From: an uncultured Clostridia bacterium
GTDB taxonomy: Bacteria; Bacillota; Clostridia; TANB77; CAG-508
DNA: 64,000 nt
Reading direction: 5' to 3'
Assembly (NCBI GenBank): GCA_934180065.1
Contig: CAKPRA010000008.1
Span: 344 to 64,343, forward strand
Under the pieces are notes generated by a model. That model was given only the letters and a program-made list of their open reading frames with translations. It was not told the origin of the DNA and made no database searches. The position numbers and the translations under genes were made by a program. Shown here piece by piece: positions 1-8,751 of the stretch; the first letter of the stretch is position 1, and every line of letters starts with the position of its first letter.

Positions 1-1
1 A

Positions 2-1327
2 ATAGACCAAGGAAAAAGAGTTGAAAATAGAAATTGTCCAATTGAAAAAGTTGGAAAATGTGTTAAATGCCAACCATATTGTAATATAACAAGTGGATTT
101 TCAGGTGCAGGAGCATTTTCTGATGGTAAATTATCATTATATAATGATGAAGATGATGATATTTATGTTGGAGGAATTTTACAAGAATATATAGGTGTTG
201 AAAATACTAAAAGATTAATTGATTATACTGATGATATCTACTTAAAATTTGGAGCTGATAAAAAATTAGAAGGTGTAAATTTTAAAGATGAAGTAAAAGT
301 AATAAAGGAAAAATCTAAAAAGCAAGGAATTAATCTTATTAATATTCCAATAAGACATTTAGGAACAGAAAAAGCTCATGAATTATATAAAAAGTTAGAA
401 AATTATTTAGAAGAAAATAATATAAATATGATGTTTGAAACTGAAGTTCAAGATTTAATAATTGAAAACAATTCGGTAAAAGGAGTAAAAATTTTAAATA
501 AGAAAAGCAATAAAAAGCAAGAATTATTTTCTGACAATGTAATAATTGCAGTAGGTAGAAAAGGTGCAAACTGGCTTGTTGAAATGTGTGATAGACACAA
601 TATTATAACAAAATCTGGTTGTGTTGATATAGGTGTAAGATATGAATTACCAGATGCAGTTATGAAAGATGTAAATAAATATATGTATGAAGGAAAATTT
701 ATTGGATATCCATACCCATACAAAGATAAAGTAAGAACATTTTGTCAAAATCCAAGTGGTTTTGTTTCATCAGAAGTATATGACAATAATTTAAGTTTAG
801 TAAATGGACACTCATATAAAGAGAAAAAAAGCACAAATACAAATTTGGCAATTTTAGTATCACATAATTTTACATATCCGTTTGATAAGCCAATTGATTA
901 TGGAAGAAATGTAGCAAAAAATTTAAATGAGCTTGCAAATGGAAATGTTATAGTTCAAAGATTGGGTGATATAAATAGAGGAAAAAGAACTTGGCAAGAA
1001 GAATTAGACAAAAATTCAGTAGTACCAACATTAAAATCAGCAGTACCAGGAGATATAACATTTGCAATAGGTTACAGAACTATGACAGATATTTTGCAAT
1101 TTATAAAAGAGATGGATAAAATAGTTGAAGGATTTGCAAATCCGGATAATTTACTATATGCTCCAGAAATTAAGTTTTACAGTAATAAATTAGAAATAGA
1201 CAACAATTTTGAATCAAGTGTAAGAGGCTTATACTCAATAGGAGATGGCGGAGGAATGACAAGAGGATTAATGATGGCATCATGCTCAGGAGTGCAAATG
1301 GCAAGAAATTTGGCTGGAAAAATATAG
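2..1327 (+). CDS. FAD-dependent oxidoreductase family protein (COG2509-like), 5' end outside the window
   Basis: Frame 2 is open from the window edge and continuous with the listed 428..1327 ORF. Cys cluster (CPIEKVGKCVKCQPYC) and C-terminal GDGGGMTRGLMMASCSG motif are typical of this family. Confidence 0.7.
   Translation: MDQGKRVENRNCPIEKVGKCVKCQPYCNITSGFSGAGAFSDGKLSLYNDEDDDIYVGGILQEYIGVENTKRLIDYTDDIYLKFGADKKLEGVNFKDEVKVIKEKSKKQGINLINIPIRHLGTEKAHELYKKLENYLEENNINMMFETEVQDLIIENNSVKGVKILNKKSNKKQELFSDNVIIAVGRKGANWLVEMCDRHNIITKSGCVDIGVRYELPDAVMKDVNKYMYEGKFIGYPYPYKDKVRTFCQNPSGFVSSEVYDNNLSLVNGHSYKEKKSTNTNLAILVSHNFTYPFDKPIDYGRNVAKNLNELANGNVIVQRLGDINRGKRTWQEELDKNSVVPTLKSAVPGDITFAIGYRTMTDILQFIKEMDKIVEGFANPDNLLYAPEIKFYSNKLEIDNNFESSVRGLYSIGDGGGMTRGLMMASCSGVQMARNLAGKI
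1255..1316. repeat. Direct repeat copy A (62 bp, 1 mismatch) = 3' end of the oxidoreductase gene
   Basis: aatgacaagaggattaatgatggcatcatgctcaggagtgcaaatggcaagaaat(t/c)tggctg recurs at 2891-2952. Confidence 0.9.
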
Positions 1328-1377
1328 ATTTTATATTGGAAAAATGTTATAATAGTATTATTAGGAGGTGTTTTTCT

Positions 1378-2361
1378 ATGGATGAAAAATTTATTTTTCA
1401 GATTGCAAAACATAACCTTGAAATTGCTAACAGTAAAATTTCTGGGCTTATTGAAAATTATAATGCAATTGTTAATGATATGTTAAAAGATGAAAATCAA
1501 TCAATGGATGTGTATAGAACATTATTGATTTACTCAATGAAAAAAGCATATACTTTAGAAAAAATGCAACCTAAGTCAGATAATATTAGATGGTCTAGAG
1601 AAAGAAATTCAAAGGCATTTGAAATTCGTAAAAGAACTTTAAAAAATTATGAAAAAATTTTAAAAACGAGTTTTGACATAAATGAGAGCTCTTATGATGA
1701 AGTGAAAAAAATTACAGACCAAATATATCAGCAGGAGAAAGCTATATGGGAAAAAGGAGAAATGCATAAATTAGTTGAAAGATTTAAAGCTGATATTACT
1801 GAGAAGTATTGTGAAGACAATCAATATGTATATACGGTTTTGCAAAACGAACCAGAAAGTAAAGTATTGAAAAAAACTCAAAATCGAGAAAATCAATATT
1901 TGAATGAAATAGTAGATGCACATTTTGCCATAGCTGACTATGAGGGGATGATTGGCTATATTTGTAGGGCTGTAAATGGTAATGGTTTTCATGGAAGCAT
2001 TAGAGATGGAAAAAAATGTTGTGAATATCCGGAAAATCCATTTGCAGATTCTGACAAACAAGATGATGCAAATGCAGTCAAACTAAAAAAAGGAGTTAGT
2101 GTATTGCTAACTGATGCTAGTGTATATGAACCAGTTTTTGATTTTGCTATAGATAGATATGGAAAAATTGGATTTAGATATGATGGTGAGATGATTGCAA
2201 GATTTACAGATGAGTTAAATTATGAAAAAATTGAAGTGAATTATATAGATAAGTCAATTATGAAAAAGATTAATTTTAGTGTGAGAACAAGTGATGATAG
2301 GGTAATTGACTTAAATGGGTTATATTCTAATAGTCAAGAACAAGATAATCTAGAAAGATAA
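1378..2361 (+). CDS. Hypothetical protein (328 aa) inside the insertion
   Basis: ATG at 1378 preceded by aggaggtg. The listed 1282 start overlaps the upstream gene and is unlikely. No family recognised. Confidence 0.6.
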   Translation: MDEKFIFQIAKHNLEIANSKISGLIENYNAIVNDMLKDENQSMDVYRTLLIYSMKKAYTLEKMQPKSDNIRWSRERNSKAFEIRKRTLKNYEKILKTSFDINESSYDEVKKITDQIYQQEKAIWEKGEMHKLVERFKADITEKYCEDNQYVYTVLQNEPESKVLKKTQNRENQYLNEIVDAHFAIADYEGMIGYICRAVNGNGFHGSIRDGKKCCEYPENPFADSDKQDDANAVKLKKGVSVLLTDASVYEPVFDFAIDRYGKIGFRYDGEMIARFTDELNYEKIEVNYIDKSIMKKINFSVRTSDDRVIDLNGLYSNSQEQDNLER

Positions 2362-2556
2362 TAACTTTTTATTTAAATTGGAAATTATAGTAAATGGAGT
2401 ATGAAGAATATTACTTAACAGATACCTTGAACAAAATGAAAAAATAGACGTAGATCATACAATAATATATAATATTGCCGAAAAATTGTATAAGTATTTT
2501 CACAATGATTTTATCTAGATTAATTATACTAAATATTTTTAGAGGAGGCATATTTT

Positions 2557-2895
2557 ATGAGTTTAACAATAAGAAAAATGCAAAAATACTTAAAAGAAAA
2601 GTACAAGATAACAAAACCTGAAGACATTAAAAATACGCAAAGGTATTTTTTAAAATTAATAGAGGAAGTCGGTGAATTAGCAGAAGCTATTAGAAAAGAG
2701 CAGAGAATGGAAGGTAATAATATTAAAGGAACTATAGAAGAAGAATTATCGGATGTTTTATATTATGTTTTAATGATTGCAAATACATATGATATAGATT
2801 TAGAGGATTGCTTTAGAATGAAAGAAGAATTAAATCGTGTTAGATATGGACATAAATTAAGAATAGATGATATACTAGAAGATGATGAAAAATGA
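2557..2895 (+). CDS. MazG-like nucleoside triphosphate pyrophosphohydrolase (small all-alpha NTP-PPase)
   Basis: RBS gaggagg. EEVGELAEAIRK ... EELSDVLYYVLMIANTYDIDLEDCF matches the MazG EExxE/D signature pattern. Confidence 0.7.
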   Translation: MSLTIRKMQKYLKEKYKITKPEDIKNTQRYFLKLIEEVGELAEAIRKEQRMEGNNIKGTIEEELSDVLYYVLMIANTYDIDLEDCFRMKEELNRVRYGHKLRIDDILEDDEK

Positions 2896-2952
2896 CAAGA
2901 GGATTAATGATGGCATCATGCTCAGGAGTGCAAATGGCAAGAAATCTGGCTG
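2891..2952. repeat. Direct repeat copy B (displaced 3' end of the oxidoreductase gene, reads ...ARNLAEKINK*)
   Basis: Near-identical to 1255-1316. The MazG stop codon (2893-2895) lies inside it. Confidence 0.9.
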
Positions 2953-3047
2953 AGAAGATAAATAAGTAATTAACATCTCCTCATATGTTTGTAGAAAAGC
3001 TGCAACCTACAATTAATATAGGAATTACAAACTAATAATTTAAAGTG

Positions 3048-3096
3048 CAACATCAATGTTTAAAGTGCAATTTTTGCACTTTAAACATTGATGTTG
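3048..3096. promoter_or_regulatory. Perfect 23-bp inverted repeat (3-nt loop) overlapping the putative fic promoter; terminator and/or operator
   Basis: caacatcaatgtttaaagtgcaa ttt ttgcactttaaacattgatgttg. Extra half-site tttaaagtgcaa at 3039-3050. Candidate TTGATG(3088)-17 nt-TATAAT(3111) promoter. Confidence 0.6.
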
Positions 3097-3136
3097 TATT
3101 GAATAACTGATATAATATATATAGGAGGTATTTCGA

Positions 3137-4195
3137 ATGGATAAAAAAGAAGATTGGAATTTGGAATTATCTGAATATATTAAACAAGATGAATTAAATA
3201 AGGGAGAAAAGGCTAAAACATGGGGAGCAGCAATAGGTCTGCAAGATGTAGATGGATTAAAACCTTCAAAATATTTAATAAAAACTGCTAAGGAACATAT
3301 TGAAGGAACAATAAATATTGAAGAAGTTAAAAAAAGAATAGATGAATATTATGAAGTTCAAGGTAATAGAAAAAACTTTGAAAACAAAACTGAAGAGGCT
3401 GATAAAGTTGCGGTAAGAATTACAGAAATATTAAGTGAGAAGGCATTTAGTTTTTCTCCAGCAGAGCTGTTAAATATTCATAAAAGATTGTTTGAAAATT
3501 TATTTGATGGTGCAGGAATATATAGAAACTATAATTTTACTAAAAAGGAATGGGTACTAAATGGAGATACTGTAATATATGCACCATTTGATACTATAAA
3601 AGAAACATTAGAATATGACTTTGAGCAAGAAAAAAATTTTTCATATAAGGGATTAAGTTTAGATGAATCTATAAAACACCTATGTAAATTCACATCAAAT
3701 ATTTGGCAGGTACATCCATTTTGTGAAGGAAATACAAGAACAACAGCAGTATTTATGATAAAATATTTAAGAACTTTTGGATTTTGCATTAATGATGAGG
3801 TATTTGCTGAAAATTCTTGGTATTTTAGAAACTCATTAGTAAGAGCTAATTATAAAAACTTTGAAAAAAAAATATTTGAAGATTTTTCATTTTTAGAAAA
3901 GTTTTTTTATAATCTCCTTGCAAATACAAACAATGATTTGAAAAATAGATATACACATATAGATAATTTTAAAAGCACAGAGAATAACAATTTAAAAGAC
4001 AATAATTATACTTTAGAAGAGCAAGCAATTATAAATATATTAAAAATAAATTCTATGATAACTCAAGAAGAAATATCAAAACAAATTAATAAATCTTTAA
4101 GGACAGTAAAAAAATATATGGCAGAAATGCAAGAAAAAGGGTTAATAGAGAGAAAAAATGGTAAAAAAAACGGTGAGTGGATAGTGAGAAAATAA
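3137..4195 (+). CDS. Fic/DOC family protein with C-terminal winged-helix domain
   Basis: RBS aggagg. Fic motif variant HPFCEGNTRTTAVF. C-terminal LEEQAIINILK...ISKQINKSLRTVKKYMAEMQEKGLIER looks like a wHTH. Confidence 0.8.
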   Translation: MDKKEDWNLELSEYIKQDELNKGEKAKTWGAAIGLQDVDGLKPSKYLIKTAKEHIEGTINIEEVKKRIDEYYEVQGNRKNFENKTEEADKVAVRITEILSEKAFSFSPAELLNIHKRLFENLFDGAGIYRNYNFTKKEWVLNGDTVIYAPFDTIKETLEYDFEQEKNFSYKGLSLDESIKHLCKFTSNIWQVHPFCEGNTRTTAVFMIKYLRTFGFCINDEVFAENSWYFRNSLVRANYKNFEKKIFEDFSFLEKFFYNLLANTNNDLKNRYTHIDNFKSTENNNLKDNNYTLEEQAIINILKINSMITQEEISKQINKSLRTVKKYMAEMQEKGLIERKNGKKNGEWIVRK

Positions 4196-4251
4196 TAGAA
4201 AAATGTGTAAAAACAATACATAAAAAAATTCAAGCTTTTGCTTGAATTTTT

Positions 4252-6639
4252 TTAGTCTTTTACTTTAATTGAAGCATACTTCTTTAATTTTTCATAAGCC
4301 AAATAATTTATTGTACCAGCTGGGAAGTTTCCGTTTGAATCTTTTTTTCCTGCTGGAACACCAGTTAGTAGTTCAATTCCTTCATCAATTGTGCTGATAG
4401 CATAAATATGAAATTTTCCATCTTTAACTGCATTTATTACTTCATCAGATAGATTTAAATTTTTGGCGTTTTGAATTGGTATCATTACTGAATGAGAGCC
4501 ATTTAATCCACGCATTTTGCAAATTTGGAAAAATCCTTCAATTTTTTCATTTACCCCACCGATTGGTTGGATTTCACCTTTTTGGTTTACTGAGCCTGTT
4601 ACTGCAAAATTTTGATTTATTGGTATGCCAGATAGACTAGACAATATAGCGTATAGCTCTGTACTAGATGCGCTATCTCCGTCTACACCATTATATAACT
4701 GTTCAAAACATATACTAGCAGTAAGAGATAGGGGAATATCTTGGGCAAATTTTTCTCCTAAATATCCACTTAAAATATATACACCTTTTGAGTGAGTAGA
4801 TCCTGATAAATCAACTTCTCTTTCAATATTTATAACGCCTGTTTTTCCTGTATAGGTGTTAGCAGTTATTTTTACAGGTTTTCCAAACATATAATCACCA
4901 ATATTCATTATTGTAAGACCATTTATTTGACCAACCTTAGCTCCAGAAGTATCAATTAAAAGAGTATTTTCTTTTATCATTTCTGTGTACATTGAATCAT
5001 ATTTTTTTACTCTATTAACTCTTTCATATAGAGCCATATCAACATATTCAGATGTTACTACTTTAGATTTATGCATTTGAGCCCATGTTGCTGCTTCTGC
5101 AATTATTTGTGATAAATCATTAAATTTAGTAGAAAGTTTATCCTGATTGTCAGCAAGTCTTGATGAATATTCCATTATTTTGGCAACTGCACTTTTATCA
5201 AGATGTGGAAGCTCTTCTTGTTCACAGAAACCATGAATAAATTTGGCAAGTTTATTCATATTTTCTTCAGTATTCTCAGATGAATCTTCAAATTCAACTT
5301 TTATTTTAAATAATTTTCCAAAGTCAGAATCCATAGCAGATAAGGCTCTGTAAATTTCCTCATTTCCTATAATAATTACTTTTATATCTAGAGGAATTGG
5401 CTCTGGTTTTAAAGAAATCATTACCATTGGAGATCTAGGATCTGCTGTATTTTCAATAAGTAATTGTTTTTGTCTTAGAGATTTTTTTAAGGCTTCATAG
5501 CATATTCCGTTTTCGATTAAGTCATGTGCTTGGAAAATTATATATCCACCGTTTGCTTGATGCAAAAGTCCTGGTTTTAGCATTGTGTAGTCAGTTTTTA
5601 AAGATCCATAATAGTTTTCATATTCAAGTTTTCCAAATATATTATGATATGAATAATCAGAATCCATAATAACTGGTGCACCTTCTTGATCATGATTATC
5701 TACAAATAAATTAACTCTATAATTATTCCATGGTTTTGGTGGTTCAGGTCTTGGACCTGGAACTTGTTGTTGATTTTCTGCTGATGGTTCAACTAAAAAT
5801 AAATCAATGTTTTTTAAAATGTCTTTTTTTACACTTTCTAAAAATATTCCTATTTTTTTGTTTCTTTTAAATTTAGATCTTATATAGTTTATATGTGCAT
5901 TAATTGTTAATAATGCGACATTTGATTGCCATTCTGACAATTTTTTTTGAGTTTCTCTTTCAATATTCTTAATTTCACTTATTACTTGTAAAATTTGCTC
6001 TTGTACTATATTTGAATTATCTTCAAAGTTTTGTTTTGTTTCAGCATCTAGCTTGTCAAATTCTTCTTGTTCAATAGCCTTCCCATTTAAAATAGGCATC
6101 ATATAAATTCCATTTTGAGCAGATTTCACTTGGAATCCATATTTTTCTGATTTCTTATTTAACTTATCCATAAGAGCAACTCTTTTTTCTTCATATGACT
6201 GGGTTATTAATGCTTTTTCTTTCTCAAAATCATCATTATTAAATGTATTTTTTAAATCAGATCTGATGTCTTTTATAAATGAATCCATATAATCTTTGAA
6301 TTCTCTTCCTTGTCCTGCATGAAGAGGCACTGCAATTGGTTCGTTAGGGTTATCAAAATTGTATATATAACACCAATCACAAGGTGTTTTTTTCTTTTTT
6401 GATATTTTATCAAGATAGTGTTTAGTGTACATTGTTTTACCAACTCCACTAGGTCCTTCTAGATAAAGGTTATAGCCTTTTATATCAACATTTAGACCAA
6501 ACTCTAATGCTTTTATTCCTCTGTCTTGACCAATTCCAGTTTCTATGTTTGTCAATTCCTCAGTTGTATCAAATTTGAAAATATTTGGGTCGCAAAAGGC
6601 CTTTAAACTTTTGTAATTTAATTCATTTTTATTTTTCAT
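4252..6639 (-). CDS. Lon-related ATP-dependent protease (AAA+ ATPase + Lon S16 protease domain, COG1067-like)
   Basis: Walker A GPSGVGKT. C-terminal GDSASSTELYAILSSLSGIPINQNFAVTGSVNQKGEIQPIGGVNEKIEGF (Lon Ser-Lys region). Confidence 0.8.
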   Translation of the reverse strand: MKNKNELNYKSLKAFCDPNIFKFDTTEELTNIETGIGQDRGIKALEFGLNVDIKGYNLYLEGPSGVGKTMYTKHYLDKISKKKKTPCDWCYIYNFDNPNEPIAVPLHAGQGREFKDYMDSFIKDIRSDLKNTFNNDDFEKEKALITQSYEEKRVALMDKLNKKSEKYGFQVKSAQNGIYMMPILNGKAIEQEEFDKLDAETKQNFEDNSNIVQEQILQVISEIKNIERETQKKLSEWQSNVALLTINAHINYIRSKFKRNKKIGIFLESVKKDILKNIDLFLVEPSAENQQQVPGPRPEPPKPWNNYRVNLFVDNHDQEGAPVIMDSDYSYHNIFGKLEYENYYGSLKTDYTMLKPGLLHQANGGYIIFQAHDLIENGICYEALKKSLRQKQLLIENTADPRSPMVMISLKPEPIPLDIKVIIIGNEEIYRALSAMDSDFGKLFKIKVEFEDSSENTEENMNKLAKFIHGFCEQEELPHLDKSAVAKIMEYSSRLADNQDKLSTKFNDLSQIIAEAATWAQMHKSKVVTSEYVDMALYERVNRVKKYDSMYTEMIKENTLLIDTSGAKVGQINGLTIMNIGDYMFGKPVKITANTYTGKTGVINIEREVDLSGSTHSKGVYILSGYLGEKFAQDIPLSLTASICFEQLYNGVDGDSASSTELYAILSSLSGIPINQNFAVTGSVNQKGEIQPIGGVNEKIEGFFQICKMRGLNGSHSVMIPIQNAKNLNLSDEVINAVKDGKFHIYAISTIDEGIELLTGVPAGKKDSNGNFPAGTINYLAYEKLKKYASIKVKD

Positions 6640-6654
6640 TTGTTCCTCCTTAAA

Positions 6655-7170
6655 TTATAGATATAGTGTCATAAGTATAGCAGAATCAATATTGTTATAA
6701 TATTTTTTCCTGATTCCTACTGTCTGAAAATTATATTTTTGATAAAGTTTTATTGCTGGTATATTATTTTCATTTACTTCTAATGTTATTGAATTCATAT
6801 TTAGTTTTTTTGATATATTAATTAATTCAGATAGAAGTAGAGAACCAATACCTAGATTACGTTTATCTTTCCTTGTAACTATGTTCATTATGTTTGCTTC
6901 ATCAAGTATAGTTAAAATTCCTGCAAATCCTAGAATTTTATTGTCTTGTTTTGCAACAATATATGTAGTATTTGTATTTGAAAGCTCTTTTTCTAATATT
7001 GAATAAGACCAAAAATCATCAAAATCTGTTATTAAGGTATTTTTTAGATCTTGTAAATCTTCAGAATTCATTGTACAAATTTCAATTTTTGCATTATCAA
7101 TATTTTTCTCAGTATGTGTAAAGCCTGTATTTAAAATAGTATTTTTTTCATCCATGTTATTTTTCACCAT
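6655..7170 (-). CDS. rimI: GNAT N-acetyltransferase, ribosomal-protein-alanine acetyltransferase-like
   Basis: GNAT motif RKDKRNLGIGSLLL. Conserved tsaE-tsaB-rimI gene order. Start could instead be 7155. Confidence 0.7.
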   Translation of the reverse strand: MVKNNMDEKNTILNTGFTHTEKNIDNAKIEICTMNSEDLQDLKNTLITDFDDFWSYSILEKELSNTNTTYIVAKQDNKILGFAGILTILDEANIMNIVTRKDKRNLGIGSLLLSELINISKKLNMNSITLEVNENNIPAIKLYQKYNFQTVGIRKKYYNNIDSAILMTLYL

Positions 7171-7849
7171 TTAGATTTCTTTCTGCTTGTGATTTTTTTA
7201 AATAAATAGGTAAGACAAAATCTGAGCTTCCGTAAATTCCATTTTTGAATTTATTATATGCAGATTTTCCAATACTAATACTTGTTTGATTATTTTGCTC
7301 TGCAGTTGCAAAAAAAGGATTTTTAATATATGTTTTTATTTTGTCATGATGTGCAATAGAGCCATCGCCAACAAAGATTAATGAATCATCATATATTGAA
7401 AGTTCATCTAAAATATTTTGAATTGTATCAGATTTATAATCTCCAATTTGTTTATATGTTGTTCCATCATTACTAAATAGAGAATAATAAACATTATCAT
7501 TTTTGGCATCTATTAAGCTAACAATAAGGCCTGTAGATTGAATATTATAAGCTAAACTTTCAAGTGATGTAACACCTGTAACTGGGATATTTTTTGCATC
7601 TGAAAATGCTTTTACTGTTGAAATTCCAATTCTGATTCCTGTAAAAGATCCTGGTCCAAGACAACAGGCAAGTAGGTCAATATTATCTAATGTTAAGTCT
7701 GTTTCTTGAAATAAATTATCAATTAGTGGCATCAAATTTTGTGAATGAGTTTTCTCATCATTTGTATGTTTTTCTAATATTATTTTTTGATCTTCCATTA
7801 GTGCAACAGAGCATATTTTTGAAGATGTGTCAATTGCTAAAATTTTCAT
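7157..7849 (-). CDS. tsaB: tRNA threonylcarbamoyladenosine (t6A) biosynthesis protein TsaB
   Basis: MKILAIDTSS... start with ggaggt RBS. Sits between tsaE and rimI. Confidence 0.8.
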   Translation of the reverse strand: MKILAIDTSSKICSVALMEDQKIILEKHTNDEKTHSQNLMPLIDNLFQETDLTLDNIDLLACCLGPGSFTGIRIGISTVKAFSDAKNIPVTGVTSLESLAYNIQSTGLIVSLIDAKNDNVYYSLFSNDGTTYKQIGDYKSDTIQNILDELSIYDDSLIFVGDGSIAHHDKIKTYIKNPFFATAEQNNQTSISIGKSAYNKFKNGIYGSSDFVLPIYLKKSQAERNLNGEK

Positions 7850-7864
7850 TGTAACCTCCATTTT

Positions 7865-8326
7865 TTAATTTGTTTCCGGAAATAAGTTTTTAAATTTTTC
7901 TCCTACTGTTTCAATTTTCAATAATCTGTAATTTTCATCATTTTCGCTTTTTTCAAATGTTATATGAATATAATCTTTTGGTAAAGCATCTTTAATAATT
8001 TCGCCCCATTCAATTATGCAAATACCATTTTCAAAATATTCTTCTCCACCTATAGCGTAAAATTCCTCTGAATCAGATAGTCTGTATACATCAAAATGGT
8101 AAATGTTTAATCCATCTTTAGTATTATATTCATTTACAATTGTGAACGTTGGACTTGAGATTTCTTTTTCTAGACCATAATGCTCTAAAAAACCTTGAGT
8201 AAATTTGGTTTTCCCTGATCCAAGCTCTCCAGTTAAAACAACGATATCAGAAGGTTTTAATTTTGAAGCTAATTTTTTTGCGAAATTTATTGTATCAGAT
8301 TCTGATTTTGATATAAATTTATACAT
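7865..8326 (-). CDS. tsaE: t6A biosynthesis ATPase TsaE
   Basis: P-loop GELGSGKT, about 150 aa, conserved context. Confidence 0.8.
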   Translation of the reverse strand: MYKFISKSESDTINFAKKLASKLKPSDIVVLTGELGSGKTKFTQGFLEHYGLEKEISSPTFTIVNEYNTKDGLNIYHFDVYRLSDSEEFYAIGGEEYFENGICIIEWGEIIKDALPKDYIHITFEKSENDENYRLLKIETVGEKFKNLFPETN

Positions 8327-8474
8327 ATTTTCACCTTTTTTTCAATTTTAATTCTAGGGATATTTTATATTAATAATATCAATTTGTAAATATTTATTTT
8401 AAAATTGATGAGCTGTTTCTAGATTTTTCTATTGACTTTTATTAAAATCTACTATAAACTTTAATCATATGAAT

Positions 8475-8550
8475 GCTTGCATAGCTCAGTAGGCAGAGCA
8501 CTACCTTGGTAAGGTAGAGGTCACCAGTTCGATTCTGGTTGTAAGCTCCA
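8475..8550 (+). tRNA. tRNA-Thr (anticodon GGU)
   Basis: Cloverleaf read by eye. Acceptor gcttgca/tgtaagc. Anticodon stem ctacc/ggtag with loop ttGGTaa. T-arm accag-ttcgatt-ctggt. Encoded CCA. Confidence 0.85.
8534..8550. repeat. attL core (tRNA 3' end)
   Basis: Identical to 40998-41014. Confidence 0.85.
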
Positions 8551-8707
8551 AGAAATAGCAAAAGCAATGAAATTTATTGAGTTTCATTGCTTTTATATTA
8601 TATTTTATTAACATCTAAAAACTAGTAAAATCAATATATAACAAGATTTCTTGAAATAACAAAAACAATATTAAAGTATATTAAATTTGATTAGCAATAT
8701 AAAAAAC

Positions 8708-8749
8708 TGCATTCAAATTGCATTCAAAAATAAAAAAAATGCATTCAAA
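8708..8749. repeat. Arm-type repeat block (3x tgcattcaaa), putative integrase arm sites, attL side
   Basis: tgcattcaaa at 8708, 8719 and 8740. Block 8708-8741 is near-identical to 40923-40957. Confidence 0.6.
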
Positions 8750-8751
8750 AA

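Noticed and set aside
4252-6639. Lon-like protease as BrxL of a BREX system
   Set aside because: No PglX/PglZ/BrxA-C-type genes are nearby. The neighbours are rimI/tsaB/tsaE and a Fic protein, so this looks like a stand-alone Lon-related protease.
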